Assembly (NCBI GenBank): GCA_000708835.1
Contig: DF237262.1
Coordinates: forward strand, 1 to 64,000
Origin: Klebsormidium nitens
Taxonomy: Eukaryota; Plantae; Klebsormidiophyceae
Reading direction: 5' to 3'
Length of the DNA: 64,000 bases
The position numbers and the translations under genes were made by a program. Under the pieces are notes generated by a model. That model was not told where the DNA came from, searched no databases, and was given only the letters and a program-made list of their open reading frames with translations. Below are positions 43,364 through 55,153 of this stretch, one piece after another (position 1 is the first letter of the stretch; each line of letters opens with the position of its first letter).

Positions 43364-46300
43364 TCACTCTTTCTGTAGGCGCTGACGCTCGATTTCAAGC
43401 CAACCAGGTAGCGGAGAGGACTTGGCTGCAAGAATGCAATTCCAAAGGCGTCAGTCCTCCCATTCTGGACCAAAGAGAGACCTTACCCGCCAAATTCAAT
43501 AACTGATTTTCTAAAAGTAAACCCGAACAGCTTGCTATCCCTCAATTCCGTCTGATCTGCAAGTAGGCTTCACCTTCAAAGTCCTTTATGTCTAAGCAAC
43601 AATTTAGCAACTTGGGTACCTACTTCAGGGAACCAGACAAATAAACCTTTCATTTCTGAGCAATCGCTAAGCATACGGCTGATCCATGAGACCAGCTAAG
43701 CGCCAACTGATGAATACGCATGGGTAAAATCACAGCAGCATAAACCCCATTGGGCACATGCAAAAAGCTCACGCCTCACATTTGGCAAGCAGATACGATC
43801 CAAAGCGATGCAGCACTCACGTTTTTCCTGCTCCATGTTTGGGACCGTTCGTTGTTCGGCGTCCGCCCCCGACGCCGTTCGTTGTAGAAAAAATGCGGCG
43901 GGCACTCCCACAAAACTCCTCTTAGTGGAGTCGGCCACGTCATGATGCTGAGGATTGGTTTGGCCCTCCGGGTCGGGTAGGAGCTTGCTCCCCTCCATGA
44001 GCATCTTGTTGACACCCTCCGCATACGACCTGAGGTCGAGAAGCCCACGAGCGGGCGTTAGTGTCAAGTAGCCTGATGTTTTAAAAGTTGACGTTCACTA
44101 GGGTTCACTGAGAGAACACCCCAGACACAGGCAAAGCTGGTCATCTCTACGACCCATTTACTTGATCCAATTTTCGCTTGTCAAGAAGAAGCGCTTGAAA
44201 CAGCTTCTTAGTGTCAATCGTGTTCAAAATAGTTCGAGGTGTCGGCCAGGAGTAAGAATGACATCTGGACATTACAAACTTCCCACCTTCTAAGAAACAC
44301 GGTAGATCTTCCGACCCACCCATCGTTGCGTTACCTGGGAGACCCCACTCAAGAGCGTTGCGTTTCCTGGAATGAACGACGAGCCCCCCTTCACCGGGTT
44401 TTTCTGTCCGCTCAAGGCTTAGGTACTCTTTGGGAGTTGAAGAGCTCACCGAATGGCGGGTGACGTCATGTTCTCGTTCTTCCCGAGCAGCCGCCGGAGC
44501 GTGTCCGCCGACTTGATGAGGTCGACGTTGTCACGCCGCAAAAAGCTGTGGGTTTGAGGCGGGTCCTTCGATACACCTGAAGGTCAGAAGCGATACGCTC
44601 TTTAGTGCGCGTTTTATGCGCAAGGGGCTGAATTTCAGACGCTAGTCTAAAGAAACGGCTTTACCGCAAGTGGCTCTTTGGATTTGCAAGATTATCGAAG
44701 CCCCCGGTTGAAGAGGGAGGCCATCGTCGTATTCTCGCCTTCCAAAATAATTTCTGGCCGGTCAGAGACAGGTGGCAGATCTGAAATTTTTCCAGGAGCA
44801 GAGGAAGTAACCACAAAATACGCCTCGGCATGTCATGCTTTCTTTGCCTCGTCTGCGGTAAAAGTATGGGCAAACTGCATTGTTACTTGGTTACGGGCTG
44901 AGAAAAACTTGATAGGGAGCGAAGAGCCATTTACAACGGCGCATAGCCAGTCGCCACTGCACTCCCGTGTGTCCTGAGGCAAACGGGATTGAAGTTGTAA
45001 GAGGAGGGAGAGCTGCGGAAAACACAGCAAGGCAGCAATTCTCACCTCCCATGACCAGCCCCTGCGCTCGCGACTCCATCAGCTCCTTCTCCGAGAACAG
45101 CGGTTGGTCCTGCACCGAGGGGCTCAGCACGCGCAGCTCCAAAAACCCGGGGCTCTCCCTCCGGGCAACGCTCCCGCCCTTCCCGAGAAAACCCGTCCGC
45201 GCGTCAACGTCTCCCCCCCCGGCGGGGGTCATCGCCTCCTGGCGCTGGCCCAAGAGGTTCGGCCACGGACGCTCCGGATTGAGCAGCCCGTCCAAATCCT
45301 TCTTGTTCTTCCACACGTCCGGCTGCGGACCGTTGAAGAGCGGGGGCCCCGACACCCCCGTCTGGTCCCGGGGGCTGAAACGAGGCGGCGCGTAGGGCTT
45401 ATTCGAGAAGGAATCGCGGCGGCCCTCGAGCTGGGGGGGGAGCCACGTGGGCAGTTCCCAGTCGCGCGAGAGGAGCTCCTTCTCAGTGAGGTTGGTCCAC
45501 GTGGGCGCAACTAGGGGGGGGAGGGAGAGGGAGGACGGCGTGGGGGAGGAGCGGTTTGAGAGGGGGACGGCCAGGTTGAGGTCGAGAGTCTTGTCGAGGA
45601 GAGGGCGGTCGTGGGAGTCGTGTCTGCAGTAAGAAGAGCGGTTGGTCTGAGAATTGGCACAGGCGAGCAGCGAGGAGTTTGTGAAAAAATGCACAATTGA
45701 GAGATTTCGCGCAGGATTTGAGAGCAGAGCGAACAGTGCTGATCAGCTTGCGACGGCATGCTCCGAGCAGCTAACCTCGAGAAGTCAAGAGGATTTCGAG
45801 AAACCGCAACAGACACAGTCGATTCCTCGCACCACCATTATACCCAGGTAGCGAGCGAAGCAGGAAGTGACGGCACACATAGCGGTGAAAGTGATGCGCA
45901 CCATCGTGCAACCTAAGTGCTGCACCCCCGACCCAGGCAACTGTGACAAGAAGCGATCTACGAAACATGCCAACCATCCGTGCCAAATATCGTCTGCCAT
46001 TCTAAGCAAAAAATTTGGGCAGTGTAAAAAAGTCATGGCAACTTACGAGGACGCTCTTGCAACCCCCGCTGGCAGGCCCCGCCCATCCATCCCGCCTCTC
46101 AGGAACTGCGCCAGGCCGGTCTTGACGGCCGGCAGATCCGGCTGTCCATGACTCGCACTCCTACCCCACAGCCCCTCACTCTCGCGCCCCAGATCCACTG
46201 CCCGGGGCTCTCCCCCGAGCACATCCTTCTCCCCGGGGTGGTGCATCGGCAGCCATTTCCCGTTCTTGACGACCCCCTTGTCGCGGAAGAACGCGCCGAG

Positions 46301-49300
46301 CTCCCGGGATTCTCGTCCCAGGGGGGGCGTGCTAGAGTTGCGCAAACCCCCCTCGCGGAGGGCTTGCATGAAGGGTGCGGGGCTAGGGGTGGCGCCGCGG
46401 GAAGGGCCCCCGAGAGAGAGCCCCGTGTTGAGGTCGAAGCGTTCTTGAGTCTCGGGGGCGGGAACGCGGCCAGTGTCGAGCGCTGACTTCAGCGCAAGGT
46501 AAGCGGCGCTGAGCTCCTCGCGGTTGAGCTTGGACTGCAGGATCGCGTGCTCGAACTCCTCTTCTTCCGTGAGGACGGTGTACGAGGGGCGCACCGACGA
46601 CGCGCGTCCGAGGTCGTCGGCCCCGCGTCCGAAAGCGTCCGAAGAGCGCCCGAAAGCGTCCGAAGCCGCGCGGGAAGACTTTTTCCGGGACCACGCCTTC
46701 TCGGCAAAGTCTCCGAGGCCGAGCTTCTCGAGAAACTCGTTCATGGAGGACGACACGTGGCGCGAGCGCGGTTGGGACGGAGAGCCGAGCCGGACAGAGG
46801 GGACGTCCGCAGAGGGAACGGCGTCCGCAAACAGGGGCAGTTCTTGGGACGGTGTGAGGGGGGTGGCTGGGCGAGCAGACTGCGAGAGAGACGAGGAATG
46901 ACAGGTTTCAGCTTTTAGGGTCCATTATTTGACAACGAAAGATGCTATTCTTGAGCTTGAGATGCTCAACCAGGTTCAGAGCGTCGTAGAATGATGCAAT
47001 AAAGAGAATTTGAGCCGTTGATCAGTTGGCAAGATTTGACAGCGCACACTTCAAGGCAAATAAAAAGCTCAACCTTCAAACTCGCCCTCCAAAAAAGCAA
47101 CAGCAGCAACACATGAGCAAAATGCTAATCCGCAAGCTCTGGCCCCAGATCCTCTCAAGCCATACCATGATTTGCAAGCTATCTCTGTGTCTTGGTAGAT
47201 ATCACGCTCCGACAAGAAAAACGCCCACAAAGCATACTTTGCATACCTTGTCCTTGTTGCGCTTGGACTTCGACTTGCTCCGGGGGGGCTTGCCTTCGGC
47301 CTTCTCCACCCCCACCACAGCAAGCTTTTCCTCGAGCTCCCGCAGCCCCTCCCCAGCCTCCTTTCTCCGCTTCTTGCGCGCCGCCCGCTCTTCCTTCTTT
47401 AGCTTCCGCCTCCGCGCCTCCTGTTCTTGCTCCTCATTAATCTGCTGCAACATCGCCACCGACTCCTGCACCGCGCGCTGGATCTCTTCCTCCAAATTGA
47501 CGTGGTTCGGCCGCTCCTGGGTGATCTCCGTGTAACCCCCCACGCGCCGCCCGATCGGCACGTCCTCCGATTCCGACCCGCTGTTGGCCTCCGTCAGCGA
47601 GCCCGGGTCGCTCGCGTTCGACCCCCCGTTTGCGGGAAGCGCCAAAATACCATCGCCCAGCTTCACGGTGCGCAAACCCTCCTCCTTCCGGCGCCGTTTC
47701 CGCGGCTTTTTCAGCTCCTCGACGGGATCCCGAGGGAGCGGCTCGGGCACCAACCCCTTGACCGGTTTCTTCGCCGGCGTCTTCCTCTCCGGCGCTTTCT
47801 TTTCGGGCGCCTTCTTCTCCGGCGACCGCATCTTGGACAGGAGCCCGATCGGCGCATCCTCGTCGCCGGAATCACTCTCCGGTCGCCCCAGCAGCGACTT
47901 CTCCAGCCCGCCGCTTTTGGGCGCCTTCTTCGGGCCCTTGCGCACGCCCTTCAGAGCGTCCACCACCTTCTGCGCGCTGACTTCCGGCACGAACGGCCGG
48001 AATCCGCCGAACTCCGCCGGCCGGAGCAGCGCCGGCTGCCACGGCCGCTTCATCCCGAGCCCGAATCCGCTCTTGCCCTCGTCAGGGGGGCTCCCCGACC
48101 TGCTCTCGTCGGCGAGCGCGCTCTTTTTCTTCCGCTTCTTTCCTTCACCGTCCGGATCCTCGCGCCGCTTCCTCTTCTTCTTTTCCTTCTCCACACCGTC
48201 CGTCCCTTTCTTCGCTATTTCGCCCTTCCCGATCAGTCCTGGCGCCACCAATCCCGTCACCGGAAGCCCAATCAGCAGGTTCAGCTTTGCCAGTTTCGGC
48301 ACCTCACCTACCCCCGTCAACGCCTTGAACTTCTTCCCAAGCGCCGGCTCCGCCTTTCCGCCCAGTTCCGGCCTCTTGAACGGAACATCCCCCAACAAGC
48401 CCGCCCCCAGGACCGACTTCTTCTTGCTCACTTTGAGCGCCGATAGTGGCAGCTGCTCCATCTCCTCATCCGACAGTTCCGCTGGCCCCTTTCCTCCAGG
48501 GACCTCTTCCATCACCGGAATAGAAAACGGCAGAGGGGGGGACATTCCCCCTGGGGCGGTTACCACGGGGCTAACGGTAATCCCCCCATGAGACGGACGC
48601 TTGCTGGGAGGAACCCGGAAAGCCCCGGCCAGAGGCTCGTCGCTGCTGTAAGACTCCCCGTCAGAGTGCGCCTCCTTTTGTTCCGTCGTAACGTCCTTTT
48701 CTTTCTTGCTCTTTGATGCATCGGCCGCCGGCGCCGCCGCGCCCGCCGCAGGGCTTGCCACTCTAGGACCCCCGAACAGAGTGCCCTCTTTGAGTCTCTT
48801 GATCCAGCCAGCCAACGGGTTGGTCGGCTTTGCTGGCTCCACGGGCTTGCTCGGCGCGCTCTCTTTTTCCTTACTCGGCAGAGCTTCGTCTTGAGCGACC
48901 ACCTCCGTGAGGGGTTTCTGGCGCTGCTTTTTCTCCCCCCCCTTCTTCTCCCGCTTCCCATCCAACCCCCTCTCGCGAATCCTCGGCCGCCAGACCTCTT
49001 CCTCGTCGCTCGAGTCTCTGAGCTTCCGCGTAACTCGCCGCTCCTCCTTCGTGCGAGTCTCGGGTCGCCGCGGCTTGTCTTCCTCGCTCTTATCCCCCCC
49101 AGAGGATTGCCCAGGGGATCGTCTGCGCCTCCCTCTTCCTAAGGACAGTCCACGCTGGTCCCTGCCAGAGGGATCCCCCCGCTTTGTCCCTCCAGAAGAG
49201 AGCCCAAGCTCCGCCCCTTTCTCGCCCCTTCCGGCCCCCACCCCCAATGACGTCAGCAGCTGCCGCTCCTCGCGCCCAATCTTCTCTGCACCGGACGAGA

Positions 49301-52300
49301 ACGCGTCGTCGTCCGAGACCGTCCGCTCCCGATCGTCTTCCTCCAATTCCTCCGCCTCTAGTTCCCCCAGCACGCCCGTTTTCCCCACGAGGACCTTGGC
49401 CGCCGCCAGCGTGCTCTCGTCGTCGTTCTTCTCGGGGGGCACGTTCATCGACGGCGCGCCCGTGGGGCTGCTCTTCACTCGCGAGCGTTTCCTGCGATGC
49501 CGCTCGGGGCGGGCAGGCGCGTTATCCGCGGCGTGTCTGAGCACCATAAGCCCCGCGACGGCGTCCTCTTCGAAGCTGTCCATCCCTTTGCCCTTCTGCC
49601 CCTGCGGAGACGCGGGGCCCCCGCCCCCCCCGGCCGTCCGCTTTAGCCGTTCCACGATGCGCTTGCTGTTCTTCTCGCGCTCCTCCTCCCCGAGCGACTC
49701 GCTCGACACGATCCTACGCGACTTCTTGCTGACGATCGCGGCGAGCGACTGGAGCCGATCTTTTGGCCGCAGCGACATCGGCAGCTTGGCACGGCCCATG
49801 AACACGCCGTCAGACCTCTTCTCCGCGGAGAGCCTCGCGCGGCGCAGCGACCCGTTCTCGTCCGAAGAGCCGCCGTCGGCGTTCGCGTCGCCTTCGCTAG
49901 CTTTTTCTTCCAAACGGCGGAGGAGGCGGGCGGAGCGGGGCGCGGCTGAAGGGGGCCGCGGGGAAGGCTTCTCGAGATCCTGTACATGAGTTTCGGGGTT
50001 AGGGAGACCTGCTTTAGAACTCAGTCGAGCGCCTTGCTGCTTGTAAAACGCAGTCACATCTGCTTTGAACGCCCTTGACCAAAACATGACTCTGATTCGT
50101 TCTCATCCTACCATTAATGAGGGCGAAGCCGTTTGATTGCCAGGAAGAACCATACGAAGGGAAACAGATGACCAGGCCAAGGGGATACTGGGATAAAATG
50201 CTGACGCACCAAAGCGGCATTCTTTGTCTACGACCCTTTCAGATGCACCCTGCAAGGGTCCAATCTACTCTGAGACTAGGTTTACAACCACTTATACTGG
50301 GAACAAAAGCGTCAATATCGAAGCCCTCCCTGAGATCATCAGCAAACAGCTCCAACAATCGGGCCTCCAAATCTTCAAATCTCAAAGCTTCACAGAAGGA
50401 ACCACAAACAGAAGTTCCCCCAGGGCACCCAGAAAAGCTTACCGTGTAGTAGTAAGTGGCTTTGTGGGAGCCCTTGTGGCCACCCAGCGCTTGTCCGGTT
50501 GGAAAGACCAGCCCGCAGATCTCGCAGGGCCAGCCAAGCGGGACGAACTCTTCAACCGGGCGCTCTTTGACCGGGGGGGACTTGGGGCTCTTCTTCTCCT
50601 TTTGGAAGGGGCCCCGAGTGCCCTTCTTGGTGTTGGCACGCTTCTCCTCCTCCTATGAAGGAAACAAAGTAAACAGGGGTTCGAAATCTGGCCATCTCAA
50701 GAGGGTAGAGGCCAATCCGTGAAGCTTGGTCAAAACGGTTATGCCCTTCAACGTTCATTTGAAAGTTTAGTTTGTTACGGATGTTGAGAGAGAGCCGACG
50801 CTTTTTCGATCGAGCAGAGCTTAGCAGAGCGCTGGTAATGATTTCACAGTAAGGACTCTGAACCCAGCTGTCAATGTCCAAAACCTTTCCAGAAGAAGCT
50901 CTAAGTTCAAGAGGAACTAAGAATGTCTTAACCAAGATAAGAAGAGATTGGTTCCACACAGCCTAGAAGCATTGCCAACAACGTGAGGCAACAGCAAGGG
51001 CCGTCCTAGATTACGGGGCCGTTTGTCTGCTGCCTCACCGTGTATGCATCGGTAGGTTTGTGCGAGCCCTTATGCCCCCCCAGTGCCTGCCCGTTCGCAA
51101 AAACCAGCCCGCAGATGTCGCACGTAAAGCCCACTGCGCTGACCTCAGGGACCGCCGCACCCTGCGGCTTTGCAGTAAGACTTTCCACAGCTTTGTGCGA
51201 GCTCTTGTGGCCCCCGAGCTTCTGCCCGTTGGGAAAGACCAGCCCGCAGAGGTCGCACTCGTAGCCCCGGGGAGCGGGGGGGGGTTCGGGGTCGCTCGGC
51301 GGCGGCTGTCTCACCGGGAATGCGTCGGTCAGTTTGTGGGAACCCTTGTGACCGCCAAGAGCCTGCCCGTTTCCAAAGACCATGCCACAGATGTCGCACT
51401 TGAAGCCACCCTTGGTCTTGGTCGCCGGCTTCTCAGCCTGCAGGAGGTACAGCTATGGTCAGAAGGAGGAACAAGCCTGTCTGAGGTTGTCTTTGACGAG
51501 TCAACAGAAAAGCGTCACACATTCAAGCCACAAGAAGGTGGCAGGGACAATCGTAATCGTACAGTCTGAAATCGGGCAAAAGAGGAATTTTTTCGCAAGG
51601 GATGAAGGAGGCAGCAGTGACAGGTAGCCTGCCCCTGCGTTTCAAGGGAAACGCTCAAAATGTGGTCTCAATGGGTTTGCGCACGCAGGTAAGCACACGA
51701 GGGACTCGACTTGTCAAGCGAGCGGACACTCGAAACCAGTCAAAGCAGACTTGTGACGCCTTCAAATGGGTGCAAGGAACCCATGTACATTCAGTGTCAG
51801 TCTAGACTGCCAGCGAATTCACTATGAAAGGAGTAGATAAAGCATTTAGCACTGATCAGACGAAGCAACGAAGCTAATCTCGCAGCTTTTGCATGGATTG
51901 CGCTGAGCAAGGGCACCCAGTGCTCCCAATCACGAACCACCAGTCTCGACGTTCATGAGACTGCCAACCACAAATCAGAGGTGGCCCCTCACCTTCGCCC
52001 TCTGGGGAGCTTCCTCTTCTTCAAAGAACCGGGTGACCGGAACCCTCTCCCTCTTTCCGAGCCCCCTGGTAGCTATTTTGTCTGCCCCCGTTCCATCATC
52101 AGCACTGTTGGGTGTTGCTCCGCTGCCACCTTCCTTATCGCCCCCCCAGTCCTGCGGCTTTGATTCCAGCCGGCTGCCGAATCCAGAGTCCCTCTCTGGC
52201 CCCGTTACCTCCAAACCGACCTCCACTTCCTCCCCCATCTTCTCCAACCCACTATCCTCCCCCCTATCATCAAGCACCGCTTTCTCTTTACTCCCCTCCT

Positions 52301-55153
52301 GAGCCTTTTCTTCCGTATCAACTTTTCCTTCCTCTGGCTCCAGCCTGAGCACCAACTTGGAGCCCTCTTCCTCTTTACTCGCAACATCAGGCTCTGCGAG
52401 CACGTTGGCTTCAGCCCCCTCCTCAGCAGCTGGTGTCTTTTCCGGGGTAAGAGAAGACACCGGTTCGGCAACTTCCGTGCTCGGGGGAGGAGCAACGGGA
52501 GCTTCCTCTTGGACCTTCTCGGTCGCAATCAATTCCTCTTTCAAAGGCTCCTGATCAACAGTCACTACCGGTGCCTCCTCTGACTCAGCAGCCTTCGCCT
52601 CTGCTTCGGCCACGGGGGCAGCATAGGTCTCTGCCAATCCAATGAGGGGGCCCGCTTCTTTCACGTCCACTGCCACCCCCTCTCCAGAAGGAGCCTCTTC
52701 CAGCTGCTCAACTCTCAAGCACTCCTCTCCTCCGCTCTTCTTTTCCCCTTCTTCTGAGGCAGCGCCAGCTGTCTCATCCTCAGCGCCAGCTGTCACAGCC
52801 TGAGGGAGCCCCTGCTTGTCTTTCCCCGGCTCATCCGCATCCATCACAGGGGGTTGCTCCTCCTCTGGCTTCTCCTCGCGCGGTAACTCGGGTTCGACTA
52901 CCAACTCCAGAGTCCCAACCTCTGCTGTCTTCGAGCGCGAAAAGAGCCCGCTCAGGGCCGCCTGAACAAAAGACTTCCTTTCCGCTGGGGCCTCTGCTGG
53001 AGGCTGGTCTTCCTGCTCCGCAGCGGCCACGCCATTCTGCACTGGTCCCTTTACCTCTTCCTCAGCCCCGGGCGCCTCTTCCCTATCACTCTCGGTAGCC
53101 TCAGAGCTCCGCGCCTCATTCGCGTCTCCCTCGCCGCTCCCAGGAGTTGCATCCTCTGCCCCTTTCTCCACCTCTTCGTCCACTTTCTCGTCGCCCCTCA
53201 GCTGTGGCTCCATCTTCTGCTGCGCCCCCTCCTCTTCCTTGGTCCCCTCGGTGTCTGCACCGGCAGTCCCCAGCACCTTCGAGTTGCGCAGCGTCCGAAC
53301 GGCTTCAAATGCAGCTCTGACACCCCCCTTCTTGGCTGCAGAAACCTGCACAGCTTTTACCGGCTCTGCACTCTTCTTCGGCCCCTTTCCGGATGATTTC
53401 ACCCCCTTAAAACCCTCTCCCTTGTTTGCCAACCCTGCCTTGGAGCTACCTGGCTTTGCCTGGACCTCACCAGCTTTACCTGGCCAGCGCCCCTTCGCCT
53501 CTCCCTTCTCCCCTTTCAACCTCTTCGCTTCTTTTCCTCCATCCCCCGCTTCAGAAGCTTTTCTCTTGGGACCAGGCTTCTCGCTGGAAGTGCCCTTAGG
53601 AGAAGATGTCCCTTTCGCTCCACTCCCCTCTTCAGCAGCTGCCTTTCTCTTGATCCCAGGCTTCTCAACAGAACTGCCCTTGGGGGAGGACTTCTCTTTT
53701 GCTAGCTGGAGAGAAAGGGGCTTCCGTCCAGGCTTCCCCTTCACTCCCTTGCTCGTCTTCTCGTCCTCCCTTCTCGGTCTCCCAGGACCCCTCTTGTCAG
53801 CCCCAGCTTTGGGCTTCTCTGCTCCAGATGCAGGCTTCTCTGCCCCACCCTTTGGGCTCGGCTCGTCCCTCTTGGGCCTCCCAGGGCCCTTCTTCTGACC
53901 CTCGTCTTCCTTCTTAGGCCTCCCAGGCCCCCTCTTCTGCGTCTCCTCTTCCTTGCGAGGCCTTCCAGGGCCCCGCTTCTGAGATTCGTCCTCCTTTTTG
54001 GGCCGCCCCGGGCCCCGCTTCTGAAGACCAGACGCACCCTCGTCCTTCTTCTTCTTCAAGACAGGAGTTCCCCCTTTCGCCCCTCCTTTTGAAACGCTAC
54101 CGCCGGTCTTCACTTTTGACTGATCGGCCCCCATCTTCAGCTTGCGCCCCAGGCGGCCTCGCTCCAAGCCCAACGCACTCTTGCCCTCCGGGCCGTGTTT
54201 TTTCCCACTCTGCTTCATCTGTGGGAAGGCGTCCTCGCCGTCCGAGATGCCTCGGAGATCGATAACTTCAAGTTTTGCCTGCAAGATGGGACAGTCATGC
54301 ATGGTGTGTGCACGTTTTTCCTTCTTCATTGCTGCTGATGGAGACTTAAAAATGACTGCAGCTACCACTTTGCCTGGATTGATGTAGCGAAACTCGAATT
54401 TGCTACTGCGGTTTTGCTACTGGCCAAGAGCCAAAAGCACAAATTAGGAAGGGGACAGTTCGTAACTCGAACACAGCCGGTGTGGAAATGAGTGCAAGTA
54501 TAGACATGCATGTACAACTTTGATTGGCAACGGACGTTCAGAATACTAAACCACTTGAAGGAACGCACCATCAACATCAAGCCAGTGTATGAAAGCACTG
54601 TGCTTCTTCAAAAAGTTCGAAATTGGAGACCTGAAGTGCAAAACCAGCAAGTGGGCCAACTTCAGCAAGCAATGAAGGAGTGAGGCGTTTCAATAGTCTG
54701 ACTACTGTTATTAGCTCACAGTGACGTTAGATAGACCGCACAGCTGCAAATTTCTGCTGAACAAAGGCGCACAGAGCCCCCTCTTGGTGAGGAGCACCAT
54801 TCGACTCACTACCATCATCAGCTTACAGTGCTACTAGATCAGAACACACGGCTACAAAAATCTGGTGAATATAGGCGCACTGAGGCCCCTCTTGTTTTCA
54901 CTTCAGTGAAAAGGAGGTGCTGACTTCCTACTGTCCAGACAACCCTTGCAATGGCTTCAAAGCCCGAGCATGAACAACTTGCAAAGCTGAATAAATAGAC
55001 AAGAGGACGTCTCACCCCGTTTGATGGTGTTGCCTTTGTCTCTACCACCATTGTCTGTTCCTGCGTTTCAGCTGGTGCCGAGGCATGGGCGCCTCTGCCG
55101 GAAAAGAAGGAGGGCTGATCCTGACGATTGGAGGAGGCCTTCTCAGACTCTTC
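43364..55153 (-). CDS. Giant (~2500 aa) low-complexity nuclear protein with AT-hooks, four QALGGH-type C2H2 zinc fingers, and L-box-like and EAR-like motifs; 5' end not found. Exons: 55016-55153, 51993-54278, 51039-51437, 50443-50652, 47247-49979, 46047-46879, 45046-45623, 44450-44576, 43821-44029, 43364-43425
   Basis: All nine junctions are GT-AG with matching phases (0,0,0,0,0,2,1,2,1). Fingers: CDICGMVFGNGQALGGHKGSH, CDLCGLVFPNGQKLGGHKSSH, CDICGLVFANGQALGGHKGSH, CEICGLVFPTGQALGGHKGSH. AT-hooks: KRGPGRPKK, KRGPGRPRK, KRGPGRPKK, KKGPGRPKR, KRGPGRPRR. Confidence 0.82.
53860..54025 (-). repeat. 42-bp coding tandem repeat of AT-hook units (Q[KR][KR]GPGRP..E...) x4
   Basis: QKRGPGRPKKEDES QKRGPGRPRKEEET QKRGPGRPKKEDEG QKKGPGRPKRDE. 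Confidence 0.9.

Noticed and set aside
47427-49989. Long + strand ORFs (339, 335, 360 aa)
   Set aside because: They are antisense to the GC-rich low-complexity exon of the zinc-finger gene and carry no domain motifs.
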